Part shown: positions 32,007 to 43,100 of the stretch, in pieces
Layout of the letters: every line of letters begins with the position of its first letter
How positions within the stretch are numbered: the stretch's first letter is position 1
Assembly: GCA_943330915.2 (NCBI GenBank)
Contig: CALQJO020000006.1
Coordinates: forward strand, 4,925 to 68,924
Direction of reading: 5' to 3'
Source of the DNA: Rhodoferax sp. OV413
GTDB lineage: Bacteria > Pseudomonadota > Gammaproteobacteria > Pseudomonadales > Pseudohongiellaceae
DNA length: 64,000 nucleotides
Notes under the pieces: model-generated
Databases searched by the model: none
Told to the model about the DNA's origin: nothing
The model's input: only the letters and a program-made list of their open reading frames with translations
Made by a program: the position numbers and the translations under genes

Positions 32007-33704
32007 ATGAGGTACGAGCACAACATAATGGGTTACATGCGTCAGTGGTTCAAAAGCGGGACTCCATGGATATGGCTGAATGGCGGTGCGGTTGCCTTCA
32101 GCATGATCATGGTTGTTGGTTTGATAGGATTGATTGCAGTGCGCGGGTTTGGTCATTTCTGGCCATCCGATGTTGCACTGATCAATTTGTCAAATGCAGA
32201 CGCTGAACAAAGCACTCTCATCGGCGAGATTGTGCGCAGTGAAACTGTGCCTGCTGCCATCGCCCGCGATTCAGGCGAAACCGTTCCTGACGACATGGAT
32301 CTTGTCACGCGTCACCTGATCAAGTTGGGCAACCGTGACCAGACCGACCGAGACTTTGCCTGGTACCTGGAGTTGGGCATGCAGCCCTGGCAGTATCCGC
32401 AGGACATTATGGTGGTAGAGCGTCGGGAGTGGGGCAACTTTTACGGCCGTCCCCTGGCGCTGTTGCGTGAAGGAGTGGAGGTCGCTACCCCTGAGTCCGA
32501 CAATTTTATGCAGGAGCTGCAAGCGGCGATAACGCGCAGTCTTGAGCTGCACGAAGAAATTCGTCGACTTGAACGTGGAACCATTGGGCGCATCAATACC
32601 AGTCTGGATGACTTGCGACTCGATGCCAGACGTCTTGAGCTGGATGAAACTCCGGCTGACATCCGTGTGATCGAGCTGGATAGAATTGCTGCTGAAAGAG
32701 CCTCACTGGATGAACAGTATGCGGTGCTGCGCCAAGAGCTTGATGTCATTTATGCAAGTACCCGCCGTGACACGTTGAAAATGGAAATGGCAGACGGCAA
32801 CGCAGTTGACATCTCGTTGGCAGCCATCATGCGGGTAACCGAGCCAAATGCCATGTCAGTTTTTGGCAAAACCGCTCAGTACTTTGAACGTTTGTGGGAG
32901 TTTTTGACCGAAGATCCGCGTGAAGCCAATACCGAAGGCGGTATCTTCCCGGCGATTTTTGGCACGGTCACCATGGTTCTGGTGATGTCAATTATTGTGA
33001 CGCCCTTTGGTATTCTGGCAGCAATCTATCTGCGCGAGTACGCAAAACAAGGAACCATGACACGCATAATCCGTATTTCGGTTTACAACCTCGCGGGTGT
33101 GCCATCGATTGTGTACGGTGTGTTTGGTTTGGGATTTTTTGTGTATTACCTGGGGGGCAGCCTGGATCAGCTGTTTTATGAGACAGCCTTGCCGACTCCT
33201 ACGTTTGGGACGCCCGGCCTGATCTGGGCTTCACTGACACTGGCTTTGTTGACGCTGCCCATTGTGATTGTCTCCACCGAAGAGGGGCTGGCGCGCATAC
33301 CGAGTACCATTCGTCAGGGCAGTCTGGCGCTGGGCGCCACCAAGTCGGAAACGCTCTGGAAAGTAGTTGTTCCCTTGGCAACGCCTGCGATGATGACCGG
33401 TCTGATTCTGGCTATCGCACGCGCGGCCGGTGAAGTTGCACCCTTGATGCTGGTGGGAGTGGTTAAACTCGCGCCGGCGTTGCCTATCGATGCGACCTTC
33501 CCATTTCTGCACCTTGATCGCAAGATCATGCACCTCGGATTTCATATTTACGACGTCGGTTTCCAAAGTCCCAATGTGGAGGCCGCCAGACCCTTGGTTT
33601 ATGCCACCGCGTTGGTTCTGGTGATTCTGATTATGGTGCTTAACCTGGCAGCCATCAGTATTCGTAACCGCTTGCGCGAGCGTTATCGCAGCGCCGGTGA
33701 ATAG
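32007..33704 (+). CDS. pstA: Phosphate ABC transporter permease PstA (long form with periplasmic coiled coil; start may be 32028)
   Basis: PREANTEGGIFPAIFGT, NLAGVPSIVYG, SLALGATK, ARAAGEVAPL. Confidence 0.95.
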   Translation: MRYEHNIMGYMRQWFKSGTPWIWLNGGAVAFSMIMVVGLIGLIAVRGFGHFWPSDVALINLSNADAEQSTLIGEIVRSETVPAAIARDSGETVPDDMDLVTRHLIKLGNRDQTDRDFAWYLELGMQPWQYPQDIMVVERREWGNFYGRPLALLREGVEVATPESDNFMQELQAAITRSLELHEEIRRLERGTIGRINTSLDDLRLDARRLELDETPADIRVIELDRIAAERASLDEQYAVLRQELDVIYASTRRDTLKMEMADGNAVDISLAAIMRVTEPNAMSVFGKTAQYFERLWEFLTEDPREANTEGGIFPAIFGTVTMVLVMSIIVTPFGILAAIYLREYAKQGTMTRIIRISVYNLAGVPSIVYGVFGLGFFVYYLGGSLDQLFYETALPTPTFGTPGLIWASLTLALLTLPIVIVSTEEGLARIPSTIRQGSLALGATKSETLWKVVVPLATPAMMTGLILAIARAAGEVAPLMLVGVVKLAPALPIDATFPFLHLDRKIMHLGFHIYDVGFQSPNVEAARPLVYATALVLVILIMVLNLAAISIRNRLRERYRSAGE

Positions 33705-33747
33705 TAGTAATCTTTAAGAAAATGCCATTGAAACAACAGGATATGAC

Positions 33748-34644
33748 ATGACTGGTGACCAGACAACCACACTGAAAGGTGATGCGGCGACAGCTACGCA
33801 AGACCCTGCAAACCGACGCGACCGCCCGTCGGTTTCCCCTGCTTCTGCACGGAAGATAGGTGAGCGCGAAACCATGTCATTGACAGATGAGGTCGCCAAG
33901 ATACAGGTCAACAACCTTAACCTGTTTTACGATGCAGACCAGGCATTAAGAAATATCAATTTAATGATCCCGGAAAAGCGTGTGACCGCCTTTATCGGGC
34001 CCTCTGGTTGTGGAAAGTCGACTTTGCTGCGCTGCTTTAATCGCATGAACGATCTGGTGGATATCTGCCGTATTGAAGGCGAGATAGTGATGGATGGCAA
34101 AAACATCTACGACCGTGACGTTGATGTTGCTGATTTAAGACGCAGTGTCGGTATGGTGTTTCAGAAGCCAAATCCCTTCCCCAAAACCATCTATGAAAAC
34201 GTTGCTTATGGTTTGCGTCTGCAAGGCGTGACGTCGCGTCGTGTGCTTGACGAGGTTGTAGAAAAATCGCTGCGGGCAGCGGCGCTCTGGGATGAGGTTA
34301 AGGACCGGTTACAGGAAAATGCGTTTCGCATGTCAGGTGGACAACAGCAGCGTCTGGTGATTGCAAGGGCGATAGCCATCGAACCGGAGGTGATCTTGCT
34401 GGACGAGCCAGCCTCGGCTCTGGATCCGATCTCGACACTCAAGATTGAAGAGTTGATCAACGAGCTCAAACAGGATTACACCATTATCATCGTGACCCAC
34501 AACATGCAGCAGGCTGCACGTGTGTCCGATTACACGGCCTTTATGTATATGGGCAACATGGTCGAGTACGGTGACACCGATACCTTGTTTACCAATCCCA
34601 GGAAAAAGCAGACTGAAGACTACATTACCGGTCGATACGGTTAG
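33748..34644 (+). CDS. pstB: Phosphate ABC transporter ATP-binding protein
   Basis: [44 protein letters not shown]. Confidence 0.98.
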   Translation: MTGDQTTTLKGDAATATQDPANRRDRPSVSPASARKIGERETMSLTDEVAKIQVNNLNLFYDADQALRNINLMIPEKRVTAFIGPSGCGKSTLLRCFNRMNDLVDICRIEGEIVMDGKNIYDRDVDVADLRRSVGMVFQKPNPFPKTIYENVAYGLRLQGVTSRRVLDEVVEKSLRAAALWDEVKDRLQENAFRMSGGQQQRLVIARAIAIEPEVILLDEPASALDPISTLKIEELINELKQDYTIIIVTHNMQQAARVSDYTAFMYMGNMVEYGDTDTLFTNPRKKQTEDYITGRYG

Positions 34645-34655
34645 TATTCAACAGA

Positions 34656-35441
34656 TCAAGGTGGGCCCATGACGCTGCGGATCAGGGGGCCTGCCCCCAG
34701 GTTGCCCGTCAGGTTGTCACGCGCAACCGCTGCGCGGGTGTCTGGATTGGTAGCGTCTCTGGGCTGACCAGCATGACCCGGAGCAGGTGTATTTAAGCCA
34801 GTAAACAATTCAACTGTCGGGTTTTGCTCTGCACTGGACGTGATCAATCGGGCGTTGGCATTCTCCTCGCCGCAGTCCAGCATTTGATTGCGTCGCTGAC
34901 GTTCATCACAGGTTATGCCACCAGTCAGTCGCTGTGTCTCATCCATTTGTGACCGGTTTTGAATCATGTCTCGCAGATCCAGCAACGCTGGAGCAACCAG
35001 TCGCGGGGTCATCGGTTCTGGTTCAGGAGCTTGTTCTGCCGGTGTATCTGGCATGGTTTGCGGGCGGCTGTCGGCTGGTGTGTCAGGCTCTGCGTCCGAT
35101 GTTGCCAGCGGTTCAACCGTTTTAACTTCTTCAACGGCTACAACGGATTCAGGCTCTGGTGGCTGAGGTCGTGGCTGGAAACGGATCTGGATGCTAGGTG
35201 CTTGTGTGACAACTGGCTCCACATTTAAATCGGTGCCGCCCATCAGTTGTCTCGCCATCACCAACAGACTTAGATGAAGCAGAATACTGGCGGTGACCGG
35301 GAGGAATACAGAAGTGCCAGTTTTCTCGGGCTCATGGAGCTGCGATGTTAACCATAGGTCAGTGTCCACGGCCATCTTTAGCCCTGGTGCGAGTAATCGC
35401 CCATCAAACTCATTGAAGTCTTCTGCCTGCGGTTCCTGCAT
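34656..35441 (-). CDS. Hypothetical membrane-anchored protein with Pro/Glu/Thr-rich linker
   Basis: 269-aa ORF; TM segment ASILLHLSLLV, PEPE/PADS-rich spacer, C-terminal region with a Cys pair. Confidence 0.7.
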   Translation of the reverse strand: MQEPQAEDFNEFDGRLLAPGLKMAVDTDLWLTSQLHEPEKTGTSVFLPVTASILLHLSLLVMARQLMGGTDLNVEPVVTQAPSIQIRFQPRPQPPEPESVVAVEEVKTVEPLATSDAEPDTPADSRPQTMPDTPAEQAPEPEPMTPRLVAPALLDLRDMIQNRSQMDETQRLTGGITCDERQRRNQMLDCGEENANARLITSSAEQNPTVELFTGLNTPAPGHAGQPRDATNPDTRAAVARDNLTGNLGAGPLIRSVMGPP

Positions 35442-35522
35442 CACATGCCTGATTGCCAAGATCACTCATAGATTAGAGCCCGATTAGACCACGATCAGCC
35501 AGGGCAGTTCCACAGACTGAGC

Positions 35523-37022
35523 TTACTGCGCCCATGCCCAGCTTAACAAAGCGTCACCCAATTCCTGGCCGGGTCCGGTATCTGCTGCCGCATGATTCAG
35601 CAAGGCAATAACAACGTAATGTTTGCCTGATCGCGCATGAACATAGCCCGCAACGCCGGCGACATCATCCAGCGAGCCGGTCTTGACATGCATGCTGCCG
35701 GCAGGGCCTTGTTGTGTCAGTCGTGTTCGCATGGTGCCATCGAGGCCCGATAAGGGCAGGGATGCAAGATACTCTGGCATTGTGGATATCTGATACGCAT
35801 GTTCCAGTGCGGCCCCTAACATCTCACTGCTGAGCCGTTCCTCCCGCGACAGGCCAGAGCCATTAACCATCACCAGCTGTGTATGGTCGATGCCCAGTGA
35901 GTCCAGGTATTCGCGTATGGCTTTAATGCCGCTGTCCACCGTGGCAGGCGCTCCCGAGTGTTGTAAACCCAGTGCCAGCACAAGGTGCCGGGTCATCATG
36001 TTATTGCTGTACTTGTTAATGGATTTGATGATGTCCGACAGTGGCACAGAGCTCCAGCTGACGATAGGCGCTGATGATTCGGTTGCCTGCAGAGCGCGTT
36101 CACGCAGACTGCCGCTGAATTGCCCGCCCAGCTCCTGCCACAGTTGCATAAACAAACCGTAGGCATAAGCGGGCGCATCCAGCACCGAGCGCGTCAGCAC
36201 ATATTCATCACAACGCGAAGGCAGGCGGCCACTGAAGGTGACGGTATTGCCGGCCTCGTCAACATTGACACTGATACCACGCTGAAAACCACTGCAAGGG
36301 GCGTCACGCTGGCTCAACTGATTATTGATCGCAAGATTGATCAAAGCAGGATCCGCTTTGATCAACACATCACGACCATTGGGGTGCGGATAAAAATAAA
36401 AGTTCACCGTCTGAAAATTGACCATCAGCGCATGTGGCAACACGTTATAGGCACGTCGACTGTCATTATCGATCAGTGGCTCTTGACTCACCGACGGGTG
36501 AAACAGACTGTCGTCAATGATCAGGTCGCCAGTGATGTTGCTGACACCGCGGCGCTGCAGAGATTTCAACAGGCTGCGAAAATGTTCCTCAACCAGAAAC
36601 GGATCACCACCACCGCGTATCAACAGATCACCGTGGAGAGTTCCGTCGCTGATGTCGCCCAACGCGTAGACCTCGGTTGTCCAGGTATAGGCCGGGCCCA
36701 GCAACTCAAGCCCGGCCAGTGTGGTCAGGGTCTTGATCGTGGATGCAGGATTCAGTGGCACCTGTTCGTTAATCGCCAATAACGGCGCTGCAGCGCCTAC
36801 CTCTTTTACATACAGCGTGTAAGTGTCAGCCGGCAGATCATGGCCGTCGATAATAATCTGTAAAGTCGCTGGTACCGTGGACAGGCTGGCCGTGTCCTGA
36901 GCAAGACTGTTAGGCATCCCTGCGCAAAAGCCATACAATGCGGCCCACAGCAGCAGAGCGTGACGCAGTATTGCGCGACGGTTCTCCCTGAAACGATATT
37001 GGGTCGTTGATGTGGCCGTCAT
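35523..37022 (-). CDS. dacB: D-Ala-D-Ala carboxypeptidase/endopeptidase (PBP4, peptidase S13)
   Basis: NPASTIK (SxxK), KYSNN (SxN), KTG motif, GGGDPFL, NGSGLSR; GGAG RBS before ATG 37022. Confidence 0.95.
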   Translation of the reverse strand: MTATSTTQYRFRENRRAILRHALLLWAALYGFCAGMPNSLAQDTASLSTVPATLQIIIDGHDLPADTYTLYVKEVGAAAPLLAINEQVPLNPASTIKTLTTLAGLELLGPAYTWTTEVYALGDISDGTLHGDLLIRGGGDPFLVEEHFRSLLKSLQRRGVSNITGDLIIDDSLFHPSVSQEPLIDNDSRRAYNVLPHALMVNFQTVNFYFYPHPNGRDVLIKADPALINLAINNQLSQRDAPCSGFQRGISVNVDEAGNTVTFSGRLPSRCDEYVLTRSVLDAPAYAYGLFMQLWQELGGQFSGSLRERALQATESSAPIVSWSSVPLSDIIKSINKYSNNMMTRHLVLALGLQHSGAPATVDSGIKAIREYLDSLGIDHTQLVMVNGSGLSREERLSSEMLGAALEHAYQISTMPEYLASLPLSGLDGTMRTRLTQQGPAGSMHVKTGSLDDVAGVAGYVHARSGKHYVVIALLNHAAADTGPGQELGDALLSWAWAQ

Positions 37023-37301
37023 GTGTTTCTCCCCGTTACTGTCCTTCATCAGGCACAGTCTGCCCGATCGCATGATGACACTTTCGCTGTGCGAGTTATG
37101 GCTGTCAAGGCGCTCTGCAGGGTTGGACCCGATGATGATTGGCAGACAAAAACGACAAAGAAAAATCATAAAAAAGACTTAACCTGATTATTGACGCCAG
37201 ATTAAAATGCCAACGCCCTTTAAAACGAACCGAATTCGGTCGGCAAATTTGTCGAATCATCCCTGCTTTATTCAACACCCTACACTACTGGATGGAAAAA
37301 A

Positions 37302-38981
37302 ATGACCAAGATCACTGACAACATGCGTACCTATTCCTCCCAAGTGGTTGACGGCGTTGAGGCCGCGCCCGCGCGTGCCATGTTACGGGCCGTTGGTTTC
37401 ACGGATGATGACTTCAAGAAGCCTCAGATTGGCATTGCTTCGACCTGGGCTAATGTCACGCCATGCAATATGCATATCGACAAACTTGCCGAAGAGGCAG
37501 AAAAGGGTGCTAACTCAGCTGGTGGTAAGGCATTGATATTCAACACCATAACCGTGTCGGATGGTATTGCCAACGGTACTGAGGGCATGAAGTATTCGTT
37601 AGTGTCACGCGAGGTCATCGCTGATTCCATTGAAACGGTTGCCGGCTGCGAAGGTTTTGATGCGGTGGTTGCCGTGGGAGGCTGCGACAAGAATATGCCA
37701 GGCTGCCTGATCGGTATGGCGCGACTGAATCGCCCGGCCATTTTTGTGTATGGCGGGACAATCAAACCGGGCAGTGGTCATACGGACATCATTTCTGTGT
37801 TCGAGGCGGTCGGTCAGCATGCCAAAGGTGATATCAATCTGCTTAAGGTCAAGCAGATCGAGGATACAGCTATCCCGGGTGCAGGTTCTTGTGGCGGGAT
37901 GTACACCGCCAATACCATGGCCTCGGCGATAGAGGCCATGGGCATGTCACTGCCGGGTTCTTCCGCGCAGAACGCGATTTCCAGCGATAAGGCGTCGGAC
38001 AGTTTCCGCGCAGGACAGCAAGTGCTGGAGTTGCTCGCAAAGGATATAAAACCTCGCGATATCATGACCCGCAAGGCTTTTGAAAATGCCATTCGCGTCA
38101 TTATTGCCTTGGCGGGATCCACCAATGGCGTGCTGCATTTGTTGGCGATGGCTCACGCGGTCGATGTAAAGCTGACACTGGATGATTTTATCAAGATTGG
38201 CAAGACCACGCCGGTATTGGCGGATCTGCGACCCAGTGGTCAGTACATGATGTCCGATCTGGTTGCCATTGGCGGCATTCAGCCACTGATGAAGCGCATG
38301 CTGGATGCGGGTCTTTTGCATGGCGACGCATTGACAGTCACCGGAAAAACCTTGGCCGAGAACCTCGCCAATGTGGCCGACTATCCTGCCGGGCAGCAGA
38401 TCATCCGCCCGTTCGACAACCCAATCAAGAAGGATTCGCATCTGGTTATTTTGCACGGCAATCTGTCGCCAACAGGCGCGGTAGCCAAGATCACTGGCAA
38501 GGAAGGTTTGCGTTTTGAAGGCACTGCGCGCGTTTATCATGGCGAAGAGGCGGCATTGGCAGGCATTCTGAATGGCGAAGTAGTCGCCGGTGATGTCATT
38601 GTGATTCGTTATGAAGGACCCAGAGGCGGGCCAGGTATGCGCGAAATGCTGTCACCCACCTCGGCGGTGATGGGCAAAGGGCTGGGTAAAGAGGTAGCGC
38701 TGATAACTGATGGCCGCTTCTCCGGAGGTTCTCATGGATTTGTGGTTGGCCACATCACCCCGGAAGCCTTTGATGGTGGACCTATCGCTCTGCTGGAAAA
38801 CGGCGATCTGATTACCATTGATGCTGATACCCGCGAAATCAACGTTGCAATTGATGATGCTGTGATGGCTGAGCGGCGTGCACGCTGGATACAGCCGGCA
38901 CCTTTGTATACCCGGGGGGTTCTGGCCAAGTATGCCAAGCTGGTCTCCAGCGCGTCTGAAGGCGCTGTGACCGACAAGTAA
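37302..38981 (+). CDS. ilvD: Dihydroxy-acid dehydratase
   Basis: TPCNMH, TVSDG, SLVSREVIADSIE, GGCDKNMPG, GSCGGMYTANTMAS, TDGRFSGG. Confidence 0.97.
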   Translation: MTKITDNMRTYSSQVVDGVEAAPARAMLRAVGFTDDDFKKPQIGIASTWANVTPCNMHIDKLAEEAEKGANSAGGKALIFNTITVSDGIANGTEGMKYSLVSREVIADSIETVAGCEGFDAVVAVGGCDKNMPGCLIGMARLNRPAIFVYGGTIKPGSGHTDIISVFEAVGQHAKGDINLLKVKQIEDTAIPGAGSCGGMYTANTMASAIEAMGMSLPGSSAQNAISSDKASDSFRAGQQVLELLAKDIKPRDIMTRKAFENAIRVIIALAGSTNGVLHLLAMAHAVDVKLTLDDFIKIGKTTPVLADLRPSGQYMMSDLVAIGGIQPLMKRMLDAGLLHGDALTVTGKTLAENLANVADYPAGQQIIRPFDNPIKKDSHLVILHGNLSPTGAVAKITGKEGLRFEGTARVYHGEEAALAGILNGEVVAGDVIVIRYEGPRGGPGMREMLSPTSAVMGKGLGKEVALITDGRFSGGSHGFVVGHITPEAFDGGPIALLENGDLITIDADTREINVAIDDAVMAERRARWIQPAPLYTRGVLAKYAKLVSSASEGAVTDK

Positions 38982-39045
38982 TCAGTTGTGCCTGGCTCAG
39001 TCAGTCTGACGCCGGGCATATGTGCTCATTCACTGGAGTCTGCGT

Positions 39046-40041
39046 ATGCCGCAGTATGGAAGCAGCCCGGACGATATCGCCTTTGCGGTTAACGTGTTAC
39101 GCAGCGGAGGCTTGGTAGCATTCCCCACCGAGACTGTTTATGGTCTGGGTGCTGATGCGGCGAATGAGCGCGCAGTGATGACGGTGTTCAGCACCAAGGG
39201 TCGTCCTGCCGATCACCCGCTGATTGTGCACCTGGCAACAGCCGCAGAAATGACGCGGTGGGCACTTGACATACCCGACGTTGCCTGGCGCATCGCGGAG
39301 CGCTTCTGGCCCGGGCCACTGACACTGATTCTGCGGCGTGCGCCGGGAGTGTCAGACGCGGTGACCGGAGGCCAGGACACTATTGGCCTGCGTGTCCCTG
39401 CTCATCCGGTTGCGCTGGCCTTGCTTAAGGCGTTTGGGGGAGGTATCGCTGCCCCGTCGGCCAATCGCTTTGGCTGTATCAGCCCAACGTCTGCGGCGCA
39501 TGTGCTGGCTGAATTTGGACATTCACTGCCCTGTGTAATCGATGGCGGTCGTTGCGAGATTGGCCTGGAGTCTACCATTCTGGACCTGAGCGGTGGCTCT
39601 CCCAGAGTGCTGCGTCCGGGTGCGATTACGCCCGCCGCACTGAATCAGATATTAAACACAGAATTGGCCACAAGTACGGATAACGTGCCACGTGTCCCTG
39701 GCAGTCTGGCATCGCACTACGCGCCAGAAACCCCACTCAGACTCCTGCCCCGTGCTGAACTGAAAGCGGCCGCGCTGGCGCTGTTGCAGCGCGGCCAAAC
39801 AGTCACAGTTGTATCCAGCCAACCTGCTGAAATTCATCAAAGCGCTTGTCACTGGCTGATGATGCCAGACGATGCTGCTCAGTATGGGCAAAGCCTCTAT
39901 GCGCTGCTGCGGGATATTGACAAGTCTGCTTGTGATTATATTTTGATTGAACTTCCCCCGGCGCAGATGCAGTGGGAGGCCGTGAGTGATCGTCTGACAC
40001 GTGCTGCCGGAAAATTGCAGCGCGAGTCGGACAGTGAGTAA
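39046..40041 (+). CDS. tsaC: L-threonylcarbamoyladenylate synthase, long Sua5 type (YrdC + SUA5 domain)
   Basis: VAFPTETVYGLG, KGRP..HPLIVH, FWPGPLT, APSANR, ESTI, RPG; C-terminal PGSLASHYAP...DRLTRAA. Confidence 0.93.
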   Translation: MPQYGSSPDDIAFAVNVLRSGGLVAFPTETVYGLGADAANERAVMTVFSTKGRPADHPLIVHLATAAEMTRWALDIPDVAWRIAERFWPGPLTLILRRAPGVSDAVTGGQDTIGLRVPAHPVALALLKAFGGGIAAPSANRFGCISPTSAAHVLAEFGHSLPCVIDGGRCEIGLESTILDLSGGSPRVLRPGAITPAALNQILNTELATSTDNVPRVPGSLASHYAPETPLRLLPRAELKAAALALLQRGQTVTVVSSQPAEIHQSACHWLMMPDDAAQYGQSLYALLRDIDKSACDYILIELPPAQMQWEAVSDRLTRAAGKLQRESDSE

Positions 40042-40120
40042 ATCACCCCAATCCCTGAGAAGCATAAGGGTAGACTCACCATAACGCCGATCAACTGGCG
40101 GCAGGCGGATTGGCGAGTGA

Positions 40121-43100
40121 TCAGGAAGCCGTCAGCATCGGCAACAGATATCTTCCTGTATGCGATTTTTTTGTTTTTGACACGGTTAACGGTGCACCCT
40201 GCGCGACCACTTGGCCACCAGCATCACCACCTTCTGGTCCAAGGTCGATGACCCAGTCAGCTTCGGCAATCACATCCAGATTATGCTCAATCACCAGCAC
40301 GGAGTTGCCTGCATCCACCAGTCGATGCAGCACGCGCAATAATTTCTCAACATCCGCCATATGCAGACCCACGGTGGGTTCGTCGAGCACATAAACTTTA
40401 TGCGGTGGTTTGCTGCCGCGCAGACTCAGATGTGGTTTGGCTTTGGCTAGTTCCGCCACCAGTTTGATGCGCTGCGCCTCGCCTCCGGACAGCGTCGGAC
40501 TTTGCTGGCCCAGCGTCAGATAACCCAGACCCACATCCTGCATCAATCGGAGTACATGAAAAATTGATGGTACAGACTCAAAAAACACGACCGCTTCATC
40601 GATATCCATGGCCAGAACTTTGCCGATATGTTTGCCCTTGTATTGTACCGACAGCGTTTCCGGATTAAATCGCCAGCCGCCACAAGCCTCACAATCCACC
40701 CGCACATCAGGCAGAAAATTCATCTCAATTTTCTGCATACCGTTACCGGAACAGGTTTCGCAGCGGCCGCCGGACACGTTAAAGGAAAACCGGCCGGGCA
40801 CATAACCACGCAGTCGTGCATCAACAGTATCCGCAAACAGTTTGCGGATGGTGTCCCAGATACCCACATAACTGGCGGGGCAGGAGCGTGGTGTTTTGCC
40901 AATCGGGGTCTGATCCACCTGCAGAATACTGTCGATGGATTGCCAGCCGTCAAGGTTGTCACAGCCTTGCCATGGGATGGCTGTGCGCGCTGCCTTTTTG
41001 GTAAATCTGCCTGCGGCACTCACAGCGGCCTGAACGTTGTTGAACAAAACCCCGCGAATCAGGGTGCTTTTGCCGCTACCACTGACGCCACTGATTGCAA
41101 CCAGTCGACGCAGAGGAAGGCTGATATCCAGCGTGCGCAGGTTATTCAGACGTGCGCCGCTAATCGTGAGTTGTTCAGTTTCAAACTGATCCCGACTCTG
41201 GCTGTCCCGCACGTCAGCCAGAGGATGACGCATAGGGTTGGCCAGAAATTTCCCGGTCAGGGAACGTTTGTTTTTCTTCAATTGTGCCAAGGTGCCGGTG
41301 GCGACAATTTCACCACCCTTGACGCCGGCGCCAGGTCCCACATCAATCAGAAAATCTGCTTCTGCCATCGTGGCATCGTCATGCTCTACAACCACAACGG
41401 TGTTGCCATGTTGTTGCAATTCGCGCAGGGTTTTGATCAGCAGTGCGTTATCACGCGCGTGCAAGCCGATGGTGGGTTCGTCCAGGATGTAACAGACGCC
41501 CTGCAGATTGGAACCCAGTTGCGAGGCAAGTCGTATACGTTGCGCCTCGCCACCACTGAGTGTGGGTGCCGCCCGATCCAGACTGAGATAACCCAGACCC
41601 ACTTTTTGCAGAAAGCTTAACCGGCCGGTGAGTTCAGGCAGAATGTCACGGGCAATGGTGTTCTGTTTTTTATCCAGTTTGATGGCGTTGATGGTGGAGG
41701 CGGCGAGGTCAACGGACAGTTGTGTGAGCTCGGCGATATTCCACTGTTGAAAGCGCACTGCCAGCGCCACCGGATTCAGGCGTGTGCCTTTGCATTTTTT
41801 GCAGGGTTTACCGATATCGGCATTCTCAGGATCCAGCCAATTCTCTTCTTCGCCGGTCAGTTCTTCACTGAATTCCGGCAGAATTTCTCCGGTGCCATAA
41901 CAGCTCTGGCACCAGCCATGTCTGGAATTAAACGAAAACAGTCGTGGGTCGAGGTCATCAAAACTGTCACCACAGGATGGACAGGCACGGCGGGTTGAAA
42001 ACAGAGCATCCGCCGTGCCGGATGACACCGGGCTGATCATCAACAGTCCGTTGCCGACCGCCAGGGCCTCATCAATCAAGTCGGTCAGCGCTTTTTCGTG
42101 CTTCTTGCTGATGCTGATCTGATTGATCAGCACTTCAATGTTGTGTTCTTTGAATCTGTCCAGCACCGGCCAGTCCTGGGTGGCCAGATAACGACCATCC
42201 ACCCGCAGTTTTTCATAACCCTTGCCGGCGGCCCACGCTGCCAGTTCTTTGTATATGCCTTTTCGTCCGACAACCACAGGGGCCAGGACGTTCACCGTTT
42301 GTCCCTGCCAGTCGCGGAGCAGACGCGACAGAATCATCTCCCGGCTTTGAGGTTCAATAGGTACCTTGCAACCAGGGCAGTATTGCGTCCCAAGTTTTAC
42401 GAAGATCAATCGTAAAAAATGATAAATCTCCGTCAGCGTGGCCACGGTACTTTTGCGTCCACCACGACTGGTGCGCTGCTCGATGGCTACCGTTGGCGGA
42501 ATGCCATGAATGGCATCCACATCCGGCCGTGTGGCGGGCTGCACAAACTGACGCGCATAGGCATTCAGTGATTCAAGATAGCGACGCTGACCCTCGGCAA
42601 AAACGATATCAAAGGCCAATGTGCTTTTGCCACTGCCACTGACGCCGGTGATAACCGTGAACTTGTTCCAGGGAATGCTGACATCGACGTTTTTGAGATT
42701 GTGCTCACGCGCATGATGAATCTGAATGGCAGCCTGGCGTTTTGTGCGGGTGGCTGCGCCCTGTTGCATCACCGGCAGTTTTCCGGCCTTGCTGCGCGTA
42801 AGCGCCTGTTCATATTCACGCAATGCCTCAGCAGTGTGGCCGTTACCGTGGGTGCTGAACCAGCTTGGTGTGCCGCTGCCAATGAGTTGTCCTCCATCCG
42901 CCCCGCCTTCAGGGCCAATGTCTATCAACCAGTCAGCGGCGCGGATGACATCGAGATTGTGTTCGATAACCAGCAGTGAATGACCCGCATCCAGCAGTTT
43001 GCGAAAAGCCTTCAGCAGCACATGGATGTCATGAAAATGCAGCCCGGTAGTCGGTTCGTCAAACAGGAATAAAATACCTTTACCACCGGTAGACGTTTTT

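Noticed and set aside
29625-33704. Unusually long PstC and PstA
   Set aside because: Known Pseudomonas-type long forms.
38989-39018. Hairpin between ilvD and tsaC
   Set aside because: Ordinary intercistronic stem-loop; no clear further copies in the window.
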